64,000 nucleotides of DNA, from the NCBI GenBank assembly GCA_963777955.1, contig CAVZSQ010000017.1, forward strand, positions 32,001 to 96,000, written 5' to 3'. Made by a program: the position numbers and the translations under genes. The notes beneath the pieces were generated by a model. That model worked only from the letters and a program-made list of their open reading frames with translations, was not told the origin of the DNA and did not search any database. This document shows positions 12,194 to 22,769 of the stretch, one piece after another (the stretch's first letter is position 1; each line of letters begins with the position of its first letter). This DNA is from Calditrichia bacterium. Its GTDB lineage: Bacteria > Calditrichota > Calditrichia > JAJRVZ01.

Positions 12194-13540
12194 CGGGTGC
12201 TGTTGTGCGAATATTTTCAAACGGTGTTCCAGCTCCGGAAATTGTTCGCGTCTCACCAATGAAACACAGGCCCTGACCCCTTCCAGCCGCTCACTACCGG
12301 TAATGGCCAGTGAAATAGCACTGATCCCATAGTATAATAATTCTTCGACCAATTGCTCGCCGCTGAAACCCGGGTACGAAAAAGTAAAATAAAATCCGTC
12401 AGCAATGGGTTCGTCTTCATCACGGTCATATACGATATTGAAATTATTAGCGGTGAACATTTTTTTCATGATTTTGGCTTTGGCGCCATATTCTTTTACT
12501 TCCTCGACAAAATTGAAGGTTCCGTCATTCACGGCTTTTAAAATGGCGGCCAGGGCATACTGGGCGGAGTGAGTCACGCCGGCACTCAGTGAATAAAGGG
12601 TCCTGAAAATTATAGCATGTCCAAAATTATCCGTATTAAAATACTTGTGCAGACCTGCTATGCGCCGCTGAAACAAATTATCCGCGATCACCATCATGCC
12701 AATCCGTTGACCGGCATAACTGAATGCTTTGGAACTGGAAATTAATAAAATATAATTGTCCGTATATTTAGCCACCGTGGGTTGGAAAGGCGGAACACCC
12801 GGTTTGGAGAAATCCTTCCGGAAATCCATGGCGATATAAGCCAGATCTTCCAGTATGACCACATTATATTGATCGGCCAATTCGGCAATAATATGCAATT
12901 CCTTGTCGGTAAAACAAATCCAGGAGGGATTATTGGGATTGGAATACAGCAGGCAGGCAATGTTTCCCTTCTTTAAATGAGACTCCAGTTTCGCCCTTAA
13001 ATTCTCTCCGCGGCAGGCATATACATCAAAGGACTCCCATTTCTGTCCTAAGACCTGATGCTGTTGTTTATGTACCGGAAAACCGGGATCGATAAACAGG
13101 GTGGTATCCTTTTCCGGGTGCATGTGATGCGTAGTCAGAAAAGCCGCAAAAGCTCCCTGCATAGAACCTACGGTAGGAATACATACCTCCGGGCTTACCG
13201 TAATATCCAGAAAAAGTTTTACAAAGCGGGCGATCTCTTCTTTGAGCGGCCGGATGCCGAAGATATCAGGGTAGATAGCCGCAACCCCCTGGCGCAAGGC
13301 CGCAATTTCTGCCTCTACTCCAATCTGCACCGGTGCTAAACCAGGAACACCCATTTCCATTCTTATAAATTCCTGACCCGTGGCCGATTCGATGGCATCG
13401 ATCAGTTTCTTTATCTCGCGAATAGAAGCTTTACCAATATTGTCGATCCGGCTCTTGGCAATTTTATCACTGACAATTTGACTATCGATCGGCGTGTCCT
13501 TATGAACTTCATTTTTCTGTCTGGAGCGGATTTCCTTCAT
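12188..13540 (-). CDS. PLP-dependent class I/II aminotransferase
   Basis: 'YSNPNNP', 'EDLAY', 'SSSKAFSYAGQRIG' PLP-lysine motif. Confidence 0.85.
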   Translation of the reverse strand: MKEIRSRQKNEVHKDTPIDSQIVSDKIAKSRIDNIGKASIREIKKLIDAIESATGQEFIRMEMGVPGLAPVQIGVEAEIAALRQGVAAIYPDIFGIRPLKEEIARFVKLFLDITVSPEVCIPTVGSMQGAFAAFLTTHHMHPEKDTTLFIDPGFPVHKQQHQVLGQKWESFDVYACRGENLRAKLESHLKKGNIACLLYSNPNNPSWICFTDKELHIIAELADQYNVVILEDLAYIAMDFRKDFSKPGVPPFQPTVAKYTDNYILLISSSKAFSYAGQRIGMMVIADNLFQRRIAGLHKYFNTDNFGHAIIFRTLYSLSAGVTHSAQYALAAILKAVNDGTFNFVEEVKEYGAKAKIMKKMFTANNFNIVYDRDEDEPIADGFYFTFSYPGFSGEQLVEELLYYGISAISLAITGSERLEGVRACVSLVRREQFPELEHRLKIFAQQHPL

Positions 13541-13611
13541 GCCTGGTTTCCTTCTATTTTATTATATGGTTAACATATTAACCATAACTTTGTTGAATTG
13601 CTTAATATAGT

Positions 13612-15159
13612 TCAGGACAGGTCTAATTCCCGCACACAGTCAATCACTGTCCCATCCCGCCATTCGATCAAGGCCACTATATTGTCCCTGGTTTTTACAG
13701 CCGCAGGTTTCCCTGTAAAGTTGATGGCCTTTTCATATAATTGCTCAATGGGCATAATCGGCAGGGCGGAATTTTTCAACCTGTCGATTAGATCCTGCCG
13801 CAGCGGATTGATGGCGATGCCATGATCCGTGATCAGCACATCGATTACTTCACCCGGTGCGGTAACACTATGAACTCTTTCTACGACAATCGGGAATTTT
13901 TTACGGTATAAAGGCGCCGTAATGATGGTCATATAAGCCGCGGCCGAATCCTGGAATCCGCCGATACCATGCAGCAGCCAGCCATCCGAGTGCGTGTTGA
14001 CATTGGCATTGAAGTTAAGATCGATCTCTGTCGCCCCCAGTACAGCCGCTTTTACCCGCGAGGCAAAACATTGTTTGGAATGATAATTATATGAAACAAA
14101 AGGATTCGTCTCAATATGATTGCGGTTGTCACGCAACGATTCCACTCCGGCCAGATCAAAAGACTGCCCGTCCAGGATATAGCGGGTCAATCCGGACTTC
14201 AGCATATCGACTAGAATTTTATTGGAGCCGCCGCGTACAAAATCAGCCTGAACCTTTTTTTCCTGCATCATGCCGGCCAGATACTGTAAAAAAGCCAGCG
14301 ATATACCGCCGGCCCCGGCCTGAAAGGAGAATTCCGGTTCGTCCAGCAAACCGGAGTCTCTGACCAGCTGGGCTGCCATCATGGCAATTTTCAGCCGGTC
14401 AGGTTCTGCGGTGATCTTGGTCGTACCTGAAACTATTTTCTCCGGTATACCCAGTTTATCGATGGGAACGATGTAATCGACATTCCCGCCCTGGATTGAC
14501 CAGGGACTGGTGGGAAAGGGAACCAGGTTATCGGTAACCACCACCACCTGATCGGCATAGAGGGAATCTACCAGAGCGAATCCCAGCGGGCCGCAGGCTG
14601 AAGGGCCATGAACACCGTTGGCATTACCATGCCTGTCGGCGGTGGGTGCAGCAATAAAGGTAACGTCGATCGTTAGATCTCCATCCTGAATAGCACGATA
14701 GCGCCCGCCATGCGATCTCAGGACAGCCGTCTTCTTCATCCCCCCCGTGGTGCACAATCTGCCGATAGGCCCATTCATGGAACCCATCACATGCGAGATA
14801 GCACCTTTTTTAATCAACTCCACCAGCGGTTCGTGCACCGGAAACAGGGCCGAGGGTGCCAGCACCAGATCTTTATAACCGCGTTCAGCCAGCTTTTTCA
14901 TGACCAGATTTACCAGAAAATCACCGTCCCGTAAATGGTGATGAAAGGAGACGGTCATACCATTGAATAAATTCAATTTATCCAGGGCCTCATCCAGATT
15001 GGTCAAAACTTTTTTCGGATAACTGGCCTCCGTGGGAATCAGGGAACCCGCTTTACGTCCGGTTGGTTTATGTTTGCCCACACCCATAAAGGGTATGTTC
15101 TTCCGGCCATCCGTTTGCACAGGAACTTCCCGGCCCAGTATGTTTTTGATCATCTTCAT
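13612..15159 (-). CDS. citF: Citrate lyase alpha chain (citrate CoA-transferase)
   Basis: 'SFHHHLRDGD', 'RSHGGR', 'GPSACG.LG', 'SFQAGAGG', 'VTAPGEVIDV', 'EWRDGTVID' match CitF. Confidence 0.92.
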   Translation of the reverse strand: MKMIKNILGREVPVQTDGRKNIPFMGVGKHKPTGRKAGSLIPTEASYPKKVLTNLDEALDKLNLFNGMTVSFHHHLRDGDFLVNLVMKKLAERGYKDLVLAPSALFPVHEPLVELIKKGAISHVMGSMNGPIGRLCTTGGMKKTAVLRSHGGRYRAIQDGDLTIDVTFIAAPTADRHGNANGVHGPSACGPLGFALVDSLYADQVVVVTDNLVPFPTSPWSIQGGNVDYIVPIDKLGIPEKIVSGTTKITAEPDRLKIAMMAAQLVRDSGLLDEPEFSFQAGAGGISLAFLQYLAGMMQEKKVQADFVRGGSNKILVDMLKSGLTRYILDGQSFDLAGVESLRDNRNHIETNPFVSYNYHSKQCFASRVKAAVLGATEIDLNFNANVNTHSDGWLLHGIGGFQDSAAAYMTIITAPLYRKKFPIVVERVHSVTAPGEVIDVLITDHGIAINPLRQDLIDRLKNSALPIMPIEQLYEKAINFTGKPAAVKTRDNIVALIEWRDGTVIDCVRELDLS

Positions 15160-15219
15160 AGTATACCTTTCAGCGTATACCTTTCGACAGCTGCAGCCTG
15201 TTAAAAATACAAAATATTA

Positions 15220-15276
15220 TTGACAATTTAAAAATCCTGGTTAAATTATAACTATTGACTACCAGGGTAGGTAATA
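15220..15276 (+). promoter_or_regulatory. Sigma70 promoter with an overlapping palindromic operator between citF and the TrmB gene
   Basis: TTGACA (15220)-N16-TAAATT, then the imperfect palindrome TATTGACTACC-AG-GGTAGGTAATA (15253-15276). Confidence 0.5.
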
Positions 15277-15303
15277 TTAACAATTTAATCGGCCAATGGC
15301 AAT

Positions 15304-16071
15304 ATGAAAAGTGTGTTAGCACATCTGCAAAACCTGAATTTTACGCAATACGAATCGAAAGCGTATCTGGCTTTGCTTAAACAGGGCGGGATCAGCGGAT
15401 ATGAACTGGCCAAAAAATCAGGCATCCCGGCATCCAAAATATACCAGGTGCTGAGCCGCTTGATCGAAAAAGAGGTCGTTATCGCCCTGGATTCTGAGCC
15501 GGTAAAATATACCCCCGTTCCGCCTGCCGAAGTCCTCTACCGGCTGCGGGCCGATTTCATGTATACCCTGGATACCGTCAGCCCCAAGTTGTCGGAACTG
15601 TATCAACATCAGCAAAGCACCGATAATTACATCTGGAACGTCAGCGGCCGGCCGGCTATTATTAATAAAGTAAATGATTTTATTAATGAGGCAGTGAAAA
15701 AAATTCATCTGTCCGTCTGGGATGAAGAGATCGCCGAGATAGAGGATTCACTCAAACAGGCCCGGCGCCGCAAGGTTTCCATCGCCATCGTGCACTATGG
15801 TGAAAAGAAATTGAATATCGGCCTTGAATTCCGTCATGGCCGGGAACATATCATTCGCCAGCAGCGCGGGGCCCGCCGGATTGCCCTGGAGGTTGATGAA
15901 CAGAAAGTAATTTTGGCTCACTTTCTGGAGGATGGCAGCTGTAATGCGGTCTGGACGACCAATAAAGGACTGGTGCTGCTGGCCAAGGATTATATAATCC
16001 ATGACATCTACACCATACGCATGGCCGAAAAATTCGGTGCAGCTGCCAATGAAATTTTTGAAAGTTATTAA
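15304..16071 (+). CDS. TrmB-family transcriptional regulator
   Basis: 'FTQYESKAYLALL...SGYELAKKSGIPASKIYQVL..L.EK' wHTH followed by an effector domain. Confidence 0.9.
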   Translation: MKSVLAHLQNLNFTQYESKAYLALLKQGGISGYELAKKSGIPASKIYQVLSRLIEKEVVIALDSEPVKYTPVPPAEVLYRLRADFMYTLDTVSPKLSELYQHQQSTDNYIWNVSGRPAIINKVNDFINEAVKKIHLSVWDEEIAEIEDSLKQARRRKVSIAIVHYGEKKLNIGLEFRHGREHIIRQQRGARRIALEVDEQKVILAHFLEDGSCNAVWTTNKGLVLLAKDYIIHDIYTIRMAEKFGAAANEIFESY

Positions 16072-16090
16072 ATAATAGGAAGGGTACTAT

Positions 16091-16867
16091 ATGGCCGATT
16101 TGCATTGGAAAACCGCAATCACCCGGATTGAACCCAATAAGATCAGTGTGCGCGGCTACAAATTGGATGAATTAATGGGCAAAATCAGTTTTGCCCAATT
16201 GATCTATCTGCTCTTCAAAGGCGAGTTGCCGGATAGCAACACCGGTAAATTGATCGAGGCCATCCTGGTTTCTTCCATCGACCATGGCACCACTCCCCCT
16301 TCGACCCTGAGCGCAATTACCGTGGCTTCGACCGGTGCACCGTTAAATGCAGCCCTGGCGGCCGGGATCCTGGCCATCGCCGAATTTCATGGCGGGGCCA
16401 TCGAAGAATGCATGCACATCCTGCAACTGGCCATGAAGAAAGTCAAAGATGAAAATTTATCTCCGGCTGCCGCTGCTCAAAATATAATCAGCGAATACCG
16501 CCGGCAGAATAAACGACTGTCCGGATTCGGCCACCGCCTGCATACCGACGATCCCCGTACAAAAAAATTATTTAGACTGGCCGAGGAATATGGCTTCACC
16601 AAAAAATATGTACCACTGGCCCGGGTACTGGAAGCGGAAATGGAAAAAACTTTTCAAAAAAAACTTCCGCTCAATGTTGATGGAGCCATTGCCACCCTGC
16701 TATGCGAAATGGATTTCGATCCTTTATTGGCCAATGCCTTTTTTATCATTGCCAGGGTACCGGGCCTGGTAGCCCATATTTATGAAGAAAAGACGCGTTA
16801 CAAACCTATGCGTCAAATCCATCCGACCGATGTTGAATACGACGGCCCGGCGGAGCGTACCATTTAA
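16091..16867 (+). CDS. Citryl-CoA lyase-like short citrate-synthase-family protein
   Basis: 258 aa; 'DHG', 'FHGGA', 'GFGHRLH..DPR', 'LNVDG', 'IARVPG' catalytic motifs. Confidence 0.85.
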   Translation: MADLHWKTAITRIEPNKISVRGYKLDELMGKISFAQLIYLLFKGELPDSNTGKLIEAILVSSIDHGTTPPSTLSAITVASTGAPLNAALAAGILAIAEFHGGAIEECMHILQLAMKKVKDENLSPAAAAQNIISEYRRQNKRLSGFGHRLHTDDPRTKKLFRLAEEYGFTKKYVPLARVLEAEMEKTFQKKLPLNVDGAIATLLCEMDFDPLLANAFFIIARVPGLVAHIYEEKTRYKPMRQIHPTDVEYDGPAERTI

Positions 16868-16914
16868 CCAGGTACCCTCTTACCGTTGGTACTTTAAATT
16901 CGAAAGGAATATCC

Positions 16915-17451
16915 ATGAAGGAAATGATCATCGAATTACTCCCGGAGATCAGCGAGATCAAAGATAAAAAATTACAGGACCAGGTCATCGCCTGCTGGCA
17001 GGAAGCGATCGAATATAGAAAGTGGACATCCGCTGAACTGCACAGCATACCATTCACTTTGCTGGTCGATAAGGTGAAGATTAATTTCATCGAACACGTG
17101 CGCACCTGCACCCGCCTGGTCATCGCTGTGGATAGAGTACTGGACGAGGCTTACGGCCGGCGTAAAACCGCAGTGAATCGCGACTACCTGATTGCCGGCG
17201 CTTTGCTGGCCGACGTGGGTAAACTGTTCGAATTTGATAAAAACCCGGATGGTACGGTGTTCAAAAGCAAATATGGCAGGTTTCTCCGTCATCCCTTCAG
17301 CGGAGTCGGACTCGGTTTTAAATATAAATTGCCGGAGGAAGTATTACACATTATTGCCGTTCATTCCAAAGAAGGGGATGGTGAAAAACGGTCGGCCGAA
17401 GCAATAATTTTTCATCATGCCGATTTTATCGATTTTGAACTGGTTCAGTAA
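16915..17451 (+). CDS. HD-superfamily protein (HD motif reads AD)
   Basis: 'IEHVR', 'GALLADVGK', 'RHPFSG', 'HIIAVHS', 'HHAD'. Confidence 0.75.
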   Translation: MKEMIIELLPEISEIKDKKLQDQVIACWQEAIEYRKWTSAELHSIPFTLLVDKVKINFIEHVRTCTRLVIAVDRVLDEAYGRRKTAVNRDYLIAGALLADVGKLFEFDKNPDGTVFKSKYGRFLRHPFSGVGLGFKYKLPEEVLHIIAVHSKEGDGEKRSAEAIIFHHADFIDFELVQ

Positions 17452-17471
17452 CTATTAGCAGAGGAGTTTTT

Positions 17472-18590
17472 ATGGCCAAGTATAAAATTGCCTGGTTACC
17501 CGGTGACGGGGTCGGAAATGATGTGATGGAAGCTGCCCGTATTGTTTTAGACGCTCTTAAACTGGATGCTGAATATATTCCCGGCGATATCGGCTGGGAA
17601 TTCTGGAAGCATGAAGGGGATCCGCTGCCCCAGCGGACCATTGATATGATGAAAACGACCACCTGTGCCCTGTTTGGTGCGATCACTTCCAAACCCAAAG
17701 AGGAAGCCGCACTGGAACTGGATGATCGTCTGAAAAATAAAAACCTGGTCTACTTTTCTCCCATAGTCCGTTTGCGCCAGGAGTTTAATCTGCACACCAA
17801 CCTGCGCCCCTGTAAAGCCTATCCGGGCAATCCGCTGAATTTTAAAGAAGGGATCGACCTGGTTATCTTCCGGGAAAACACCGAAGGGATGTACGGTGGA
17901 GTGGAATTTTTCCCCATCCCCGAGGAGGTCTTCAATGCCCTGGATAAAAATCATCCTAAAATGAAAAAATTCCGGGAATACGGACTGGAAAATCTGGCCA
18001 TGTCCACCCGCATCATGTCCAGACAAAAATGTACCAATATTGTCACCCGGGCCTTTGAATACGCCAAAAAATTCGGCTATAAATCCGTTACCGTGGTCGA
18101 CAAACCGAATGTATTGCGTGAAACCGGGGGCCTGATGATCCGTGCCGCCCGGGAAGTTGCCAAAAAATATAACGGCATCAAACTCTGGGAAACCAACATC
18201 GATGCCCAGACCATGTGGCTGCTTAAAAATCCATTTGATTATGGCGTCATGGTCGCAGAAAATATGTTCGGTGATATTCTTTCCGATCTGGCCGCCCAAC
18301 TGGTGGGGGGATTAGGATTTGCTTCCAGTGGAAATATCGGCGATGACTATGCTGTTTTTGAACCCACTCATGGCTCCGCTCCGAAGTATGCCGGCCAGTA
18401 TAAAGTCAATCCCATGGCCATGTTGCTGACGGTCAAATTAATGCTGGACTGGCTGGACGAAAAGAAAATGAGTGCAAGTCTGGAATCAGCCATAGCACAG
18501 GTGATCAAGCAGGGGAAAGTACGTACCTATGATATGGGTGGTAAAAACAGTACATTGGAAATTGCCGCCGAAGTAGTGCGGAATCTATAA
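17472..18590 (+). CDS. Isocitrate/isopropylmalate (homoisocitrate-like) dehydrogenase family protein
   Basis: 'LPGDGVG', 'SPIVRLR..F.L..NLRP', 'RENTEG.Y', 'NMFGDILSD', '[13 protein letters not shown]'. Confidence 0.9.
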   Translation: MAKYKIAWLPGDGVGNDVMEAARIVLDALKLDAEYIPGDIGWEFWKHEGDPLPQRTIDMMKTTTCALFGAITSKPKEEAALELDDRLKNKNLVYFSPIVRLRQEFNLHTNLRPCKAYPGNPLNFKEGIDLVIFRENTEGMYGGVEFFPIPEEVFNALDKNHPKMKKFREYGLENLAMSTRIMSRQKCTNIVTRAFEYAKKFGYKSVTVVDKPNVLRETGGLMIRAAREVAKKYNGIKLWETNIDAQTMWLLKNPFDYGVMVAENMFGDILSDLAAQLVGGLGFASSGNIGDDYAVFEPTHGSAPKYAGQYKVNPMAMLLTVKLMLDWLDEKKMSASLESAIAQVIKQGKVRTYDMGGKNSTLEIAAEVVRNL

Positions 18591-18600
18591 AGGAAATCTC

Positions 18601-19967
18601 ATGTCCAGTGTGACCCGAAAAATGGCCCGGTTTACCGGACAATTAAGCTATGAAAATCTTTCGCCGGCAGCCATACTGAACTGGCTAAACGGTTTTTGCT
18701 CGATTCGATCGGTTGCGCCATGGGGGGCAGCAGAACAACCGATGTGCTGATAATGCTTGATCTATTCAACGAACTGGGTGGGAAAAGAGAATCGACTGTT
18801 ATTAACTGTAATAAGAAATTACCGATGATTCATGCCTGCTTACTGAACAGCCTGATGATTCGGGCGTTGGATTTTAATGATGTCTACTGGGAACAGGATC
18901 CGTCTCACCCCAGCGATCTGATCCCGGCGGTTTTAAGCCCGGCTGAATTTTTACAGCAGAGCGGGAAAGAATTGATTGTCGGAATAGTGCTGGCTTATGA
19001 ATGGGAACAGCGTTTGTGCGAATTCGCCGTACCCGGTATCCGCGAGCGCAAATGGCATCATGCCACCCTGACCCAATTTGCTGCTCCCCTGGCCGCCGGC
19101 AAAATGCTGGGTCTGAACGAAGACCAGCTGGTGCAGGCCGTGGGCATCTGCGCCAGTCATAACCTGACCCTGGGGGCGGTCACTGCCGGTAAATTGACCA
19201 TGATGAAAAATACCGTTGATCCCATGGCCGCCCAGGCTGGTTTACTTGCCGCCCTGTTAGCCCAGCGCGGATATGAAGGACCTGAATATATCATGGAAGG
19301 TAAAGAAGGATTTGCCGATACCCTGGGCGGATATTTTGATCTGGACATGCTTACCGACGGGCTGGGTGACAGTTTCCGCATTACCCGCTGTTCGATGAAG
19401 GCCTTTCCCACCGAGGCTCTGACCCACTCACCCATATCGGCCGTAATGCAATTAATGAAGTTATATAATCTGGATAAGAATGATATTCAACAGGTGTTGA
19501 TCCGGACTGTTTCCAGGGCCGCTGATATCTTGTCCGATCCTTCCAAGTACAATCCGCATACGCGCGAGACAGCCGATCACAGTTTACCCTATTGCATCGC
19601 CGTCACGATCGTCGACGGCCTGGTAACCCCCGGATCTTTCAGCGCAGAAAAGATCATGAGCCAGGAAATCCGGGATTTCCTGCCCAAAATAAAAGTGGTA
19701 GCCGATGCCGAGATCGAAAAAACTTTTCCGGCGCTGAAACGAACAGTCGTGGAGATTACCACCACGGCCGGGAAACAACATGAACTTATGATCGATTACC
19801 CTCTGGGCGATTACCGCAATCCCATGGATGACCAGACCTTTTTTGCCAAATTCGATTCCCTGGTGCTCCCGCATCTGTCTCAAAAAAGAAGAGATCAACT
19901 GGTTGAACTGGTCCTTGATCTGGAGAATGTGGAGAATGTCAGCGCGCTGACGAAATTACTTGCTTAA
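18601..19967 (+). CDS. MmgE/PrpD family (2-methylcitrate dehydratase-like; frameshift near 18680)
   Basis: 'RALDFND', 'SHPSD', 'WHH', 'MKAFP', 'ETADHSLPY'; ATG 18601 joins the main ORF after a single shift. Confidence 0.88.
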
Positions 19968-20001
19968 CCACCTCCGAGGTTCGGACAACCTCGGAGGTGG
20001 T
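19967..20001. repeat. Perfect 15-bp hairpin (REP-like or terminator) at the left edge of the island
   Basis: ACCACCTCCGAGGTT-cggac-AACCTCGGAGGTGGT immediately after the PrpD stop. Confidence 0.8.
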
Positions 20002-20026
20002 CAGGGAGGGGAATGAGGGAGGGTTA

Positions 20027-20069
20027 TTTTACCTATCTAAAAATATTTGATGCCTGCGGCATCAAAACC
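20027..20069. repeat. 43-bp direct repeat, copy 1 (contains the TTGATGCC-tgc-GGCATCAA hairpin)
   Basis: 42/43 identical to 21943-21985. Confidence 0.85.
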
Positions 20070-20127
20070 TTATATATTCCATCTAATACCAGAATGTGGG
20101 CTCAACTCTTACATGCCCCACTAGTTA

Positions 20128-20372
20128 AAATTCCAAATCTCAAGTACCAAATTCCAAACAAGATCATTATTCGATTGCAAGGACTTTACAAATTGGTAAT
20201 TAGTAATTGGTAATTGGTAATTTGGTTTTTGGAATTTGATTATTGGAATTTGATTGCTGGAATTTGGTTCTTGGAATTTGGAATTTCGTATTCTATATTA
20301 ATAAAGACAATCAAATCGTATTTGAAAGAAGACGTCTTATAACTTTAAAAATATCTACGAAATGGAGTGAAT
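20128..20372 (+). repeat. Leader 1: heptamer-repeat element with ~29-bp terminal inverted repeats plus conserved AGACGTCT/RBS block
   Basis: aaattccaa... / ...ttggaattt ends (20128-20286), (TTGGTAA/TTGGAAT)n interior, AGACGTCT at 20330, GGAG RBS. Confidence 0.8.
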
Positions 20373-21847
20373 ATGTGTAAACATTATGCACAGAAAACTT
20401 TTCTTTGAGTATTATTTTTTCAATTTTCTTTTCTATTTCAATAATTCAGGCTCAGGTAGATACGCTTTGGACAAAAACGTTTGGGGGAAGTGACACTGAT
20501 GAGGGTTCTTCAGTCCAGCAGACTACGGATGACGGGTATATTATAGCTTGGACAGACAAATTCATTCGGTGCTGGTGAAAATGATGTTTGGCTGATTAAA
20601 ACCAATTCCGATGGTGATACATTCTGGACAAAAACGTTTGGCGGAGGTAGTGATGATATAGGTAATTCAGTTCAGCAGACTTTAGACGTAGGGTATATTA
20701 TAACTGGATATACATCGTTCATTTGGTGCTGGTTACAGGGATGTTTGGCTGATCAAAACCAATGCCGATGGTGATACGCTGTGGACAAAAACGTTCGGGG
20801 GAGCGATTATGATTGGGGTAATTCAGTCCAGCAGACTACAGATGAAGGATATATTATCACTGGAAATACACATTCCTGTTGTGATGGTTCCAAAAATATT
20901 TGGCTGATTAAAACCAATGCATCGGGTGATACACTCTGGACAAAAATATTAGGGGGAAATAAGGTTCTGAGGGGGGATATTCAGTCCAACAGACTACAGA
21001 CGAAGGGTATATTATAACTGGCCATACTTGGTCATATGATATTTGGCTGATTAAAACAAATGCGTCCGGCGATACACTCTGGACAAAAACATTTGGGGGT
21101 ATGGACTTTGATTGGAGTTTTTCAGTCCAGCAGACTGCAGACGGAGGGTATATTATAACTGGTTGGACAGAGTCATTCGGTGCTGGCGATAGAGATATTT
21201 GGTTGATTAAAACAAATGCTAATGGTGATACACTCTGGACAAAACATTTGGGGGAAATGGTGATGATGGAGGGTCGTCAAGTCCAGCAGACTATAGACGA
21301 AGGGTATATCATAACTGGTTGGACAGATTCATTCGGTGCTGGCGACGATGATATTTGGCTGATTAAAACCAATGCCGATGGTGATACACTCTGGACAAAG
21401 ACATTTGGAGGAGGTGGTATTAGATGGAGCTTCTTCAGTTCAGCAAACTATCTGATGGAAGGCTTTATTATAACTGGATATACAGATTCATTCGGTGCTG
21501 GTAACGGTGATGTATGGTTAATCAAAACCACTCCGGATACCATTACAACTAAAATCAGAATATATGATAAATTTATTAATCCCACAGACATTGAACTTGA
21601 ACAGAACTTTCCAAATCCGTTTAATCCGAAAACGACAATTAAGTTTTCTATTCCACAATCTGATCAGGTAACAATTTCTATCTATACAATCGCCAGTCAG
21701 ATAATTGAATCAAAAACCATGAATTTAAATCCTGGTTCATACAGTTATGAATTTGATGGAACCAAATATTCTACAGGAATCTACTTTTATAAAATTTCGA
21801 CTTCATCAGGTTTTACTGCGAGGCGTAAGATGGTATTGCTGAAATGA
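20373..21847 (+). CDS. Propeller unit 1: signal peptide + 7 ~52-aa repeats + T9SS-type (FlgD-Ig-like) C-terminal domain; multiple frameshifts
   Basis: Seven '[34 protein letters not shown]' repeats; C-terminus '[13 protein letters not shown]...GIYFYKI...RKMVLLK'. Confidence 0.8.
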
Positions 21848-21886
21848 TCATTTGGGGAAGTCGGAACAGGGATCAACTAGTGACCT

Positions 21887-21941
21887 ACCCCTGCCCCTCC
21901 CTTTCAGTCTCTTGACTGAAAGGGGAGGGAGTGGGGAGGGT
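21887..21941. repeat. C-rich/G-rich hairpin after unit 1 (second copy at 28068-28122)
   Basis: ccctttcagtc-tctt-gactgaaaggg core with cccct/agggg extensions. Confidence 0.8.
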
Positions 21942-21942
21942 G

Positions 21943-22007
21943 TTTTACCTATCTACAAATATTTGATGCCTGCGGCATCAAAACCGCAACATTTATGTTG
22001 CAGCCAC
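21943..22007. repeat. 43-bp direct repeat, copy 2, followed by a GTGG-REP-like palindrome
   Basis: Matches 20027-20069; then ccgcaacatttatgttgcagccac (minus strand: GTGG + palindrome). Confidence 0.75.
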
Positions 22008-22209
22008 CGTTTTTTTCACGAATATTTATCATCATTGCTAGCGGGTGTGACTATTGCTGTTACCTACATTACAGAACCAAATAGTCAATACTTCCAGGTT
22101 GTACGTGTACGCTGATAATGAAAAGGATTTATTATGATTGATACTTTTGAATTAAGAAAATGGCAATTTGATGATAACAATACTTTATTGAATATGATAG
22201 TTATAGGTT

Positions 22210-22689
22210 ATGATCCTGACAAAAAAGTCTGAATATGAAAAATATGGATTTGACTTGGACTGTAGGATTTCCGATAAAAATAAATTTGTTACGATCTTAG
22301 TACATTTAATTCATCAATTTATAGGAAAATGTTTCATAGTTAGATTAGAAAATGATAACGTCTCATGGTTACCAAAATGGTTAGTAAAAAAACATAATGA
22401 TTATCATGAAATAAAAAATTACCTTGACAATATAACCTGGAAGAACAAAAAATATTTTGGAAATTTTGAAATAAATGATATTGAAACCTTCTTACTTTAT
22501 TTTATAGAGTATCCAAGTAAATACGAATATCAGGATATTGAATTATATTCAATCGATTCAGATTACGTTCTAATTATTTCTTCACATGGCAATTTTTGGA
22601 TAATCAATAAAGATAAAAAGTCATTACAAGAAATTGCCAAAAATGCTGATGGCGAAGGGGCAACAGTAGTGCAAAGTAATAATATTTAA
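22210..22689 (+). CDS. AT-rich hypothetical protein (159 aa)
   Basis: Intact ORF, very AT-rich, no recognisable motif. Confidence 0.6.
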   Translation: MILTKKSEYEKYGFDLDCRISDKNKFVTILVHLIHQFIGKCFIVRLENDNVSWLPKWLVKKHNDYHEIKNYLDNITWKNKKYFGNFEINDIETFLLYFIEYPSKYEYQDIELYSIDSDYVLIISSHGNFWIINKDKKSLQEIAKNADGEGATVVQSNNI

Positions 22690-22769
22690 AAGATAATTTA
22701 GGAAACATCTATATAACTATTAATGCTTATGTTTCATCTATCGTAATGATAGTAAAGAATATATAGGAT

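Noticed and set aside
15161..15185. 11-bp direct repeat GTATACCTTTC upstream of citF as a regulatory site
   Set aside because: It coincides with the citF ribosome-binding region (GAAAGG on the minus strand) and is probably a small local duplication.
17547..18299. 250-aa antisense ORF, and the many other short shadow ORFs in the track
   Set aside because: They overlap well-supported genes on the other strand or frame and show no motifs.
20013..22115. Small ORFs 20013-20213 and 21852-22115
   Set aside because: They are translations of the repeat and hairpin elements, not credible proteins.
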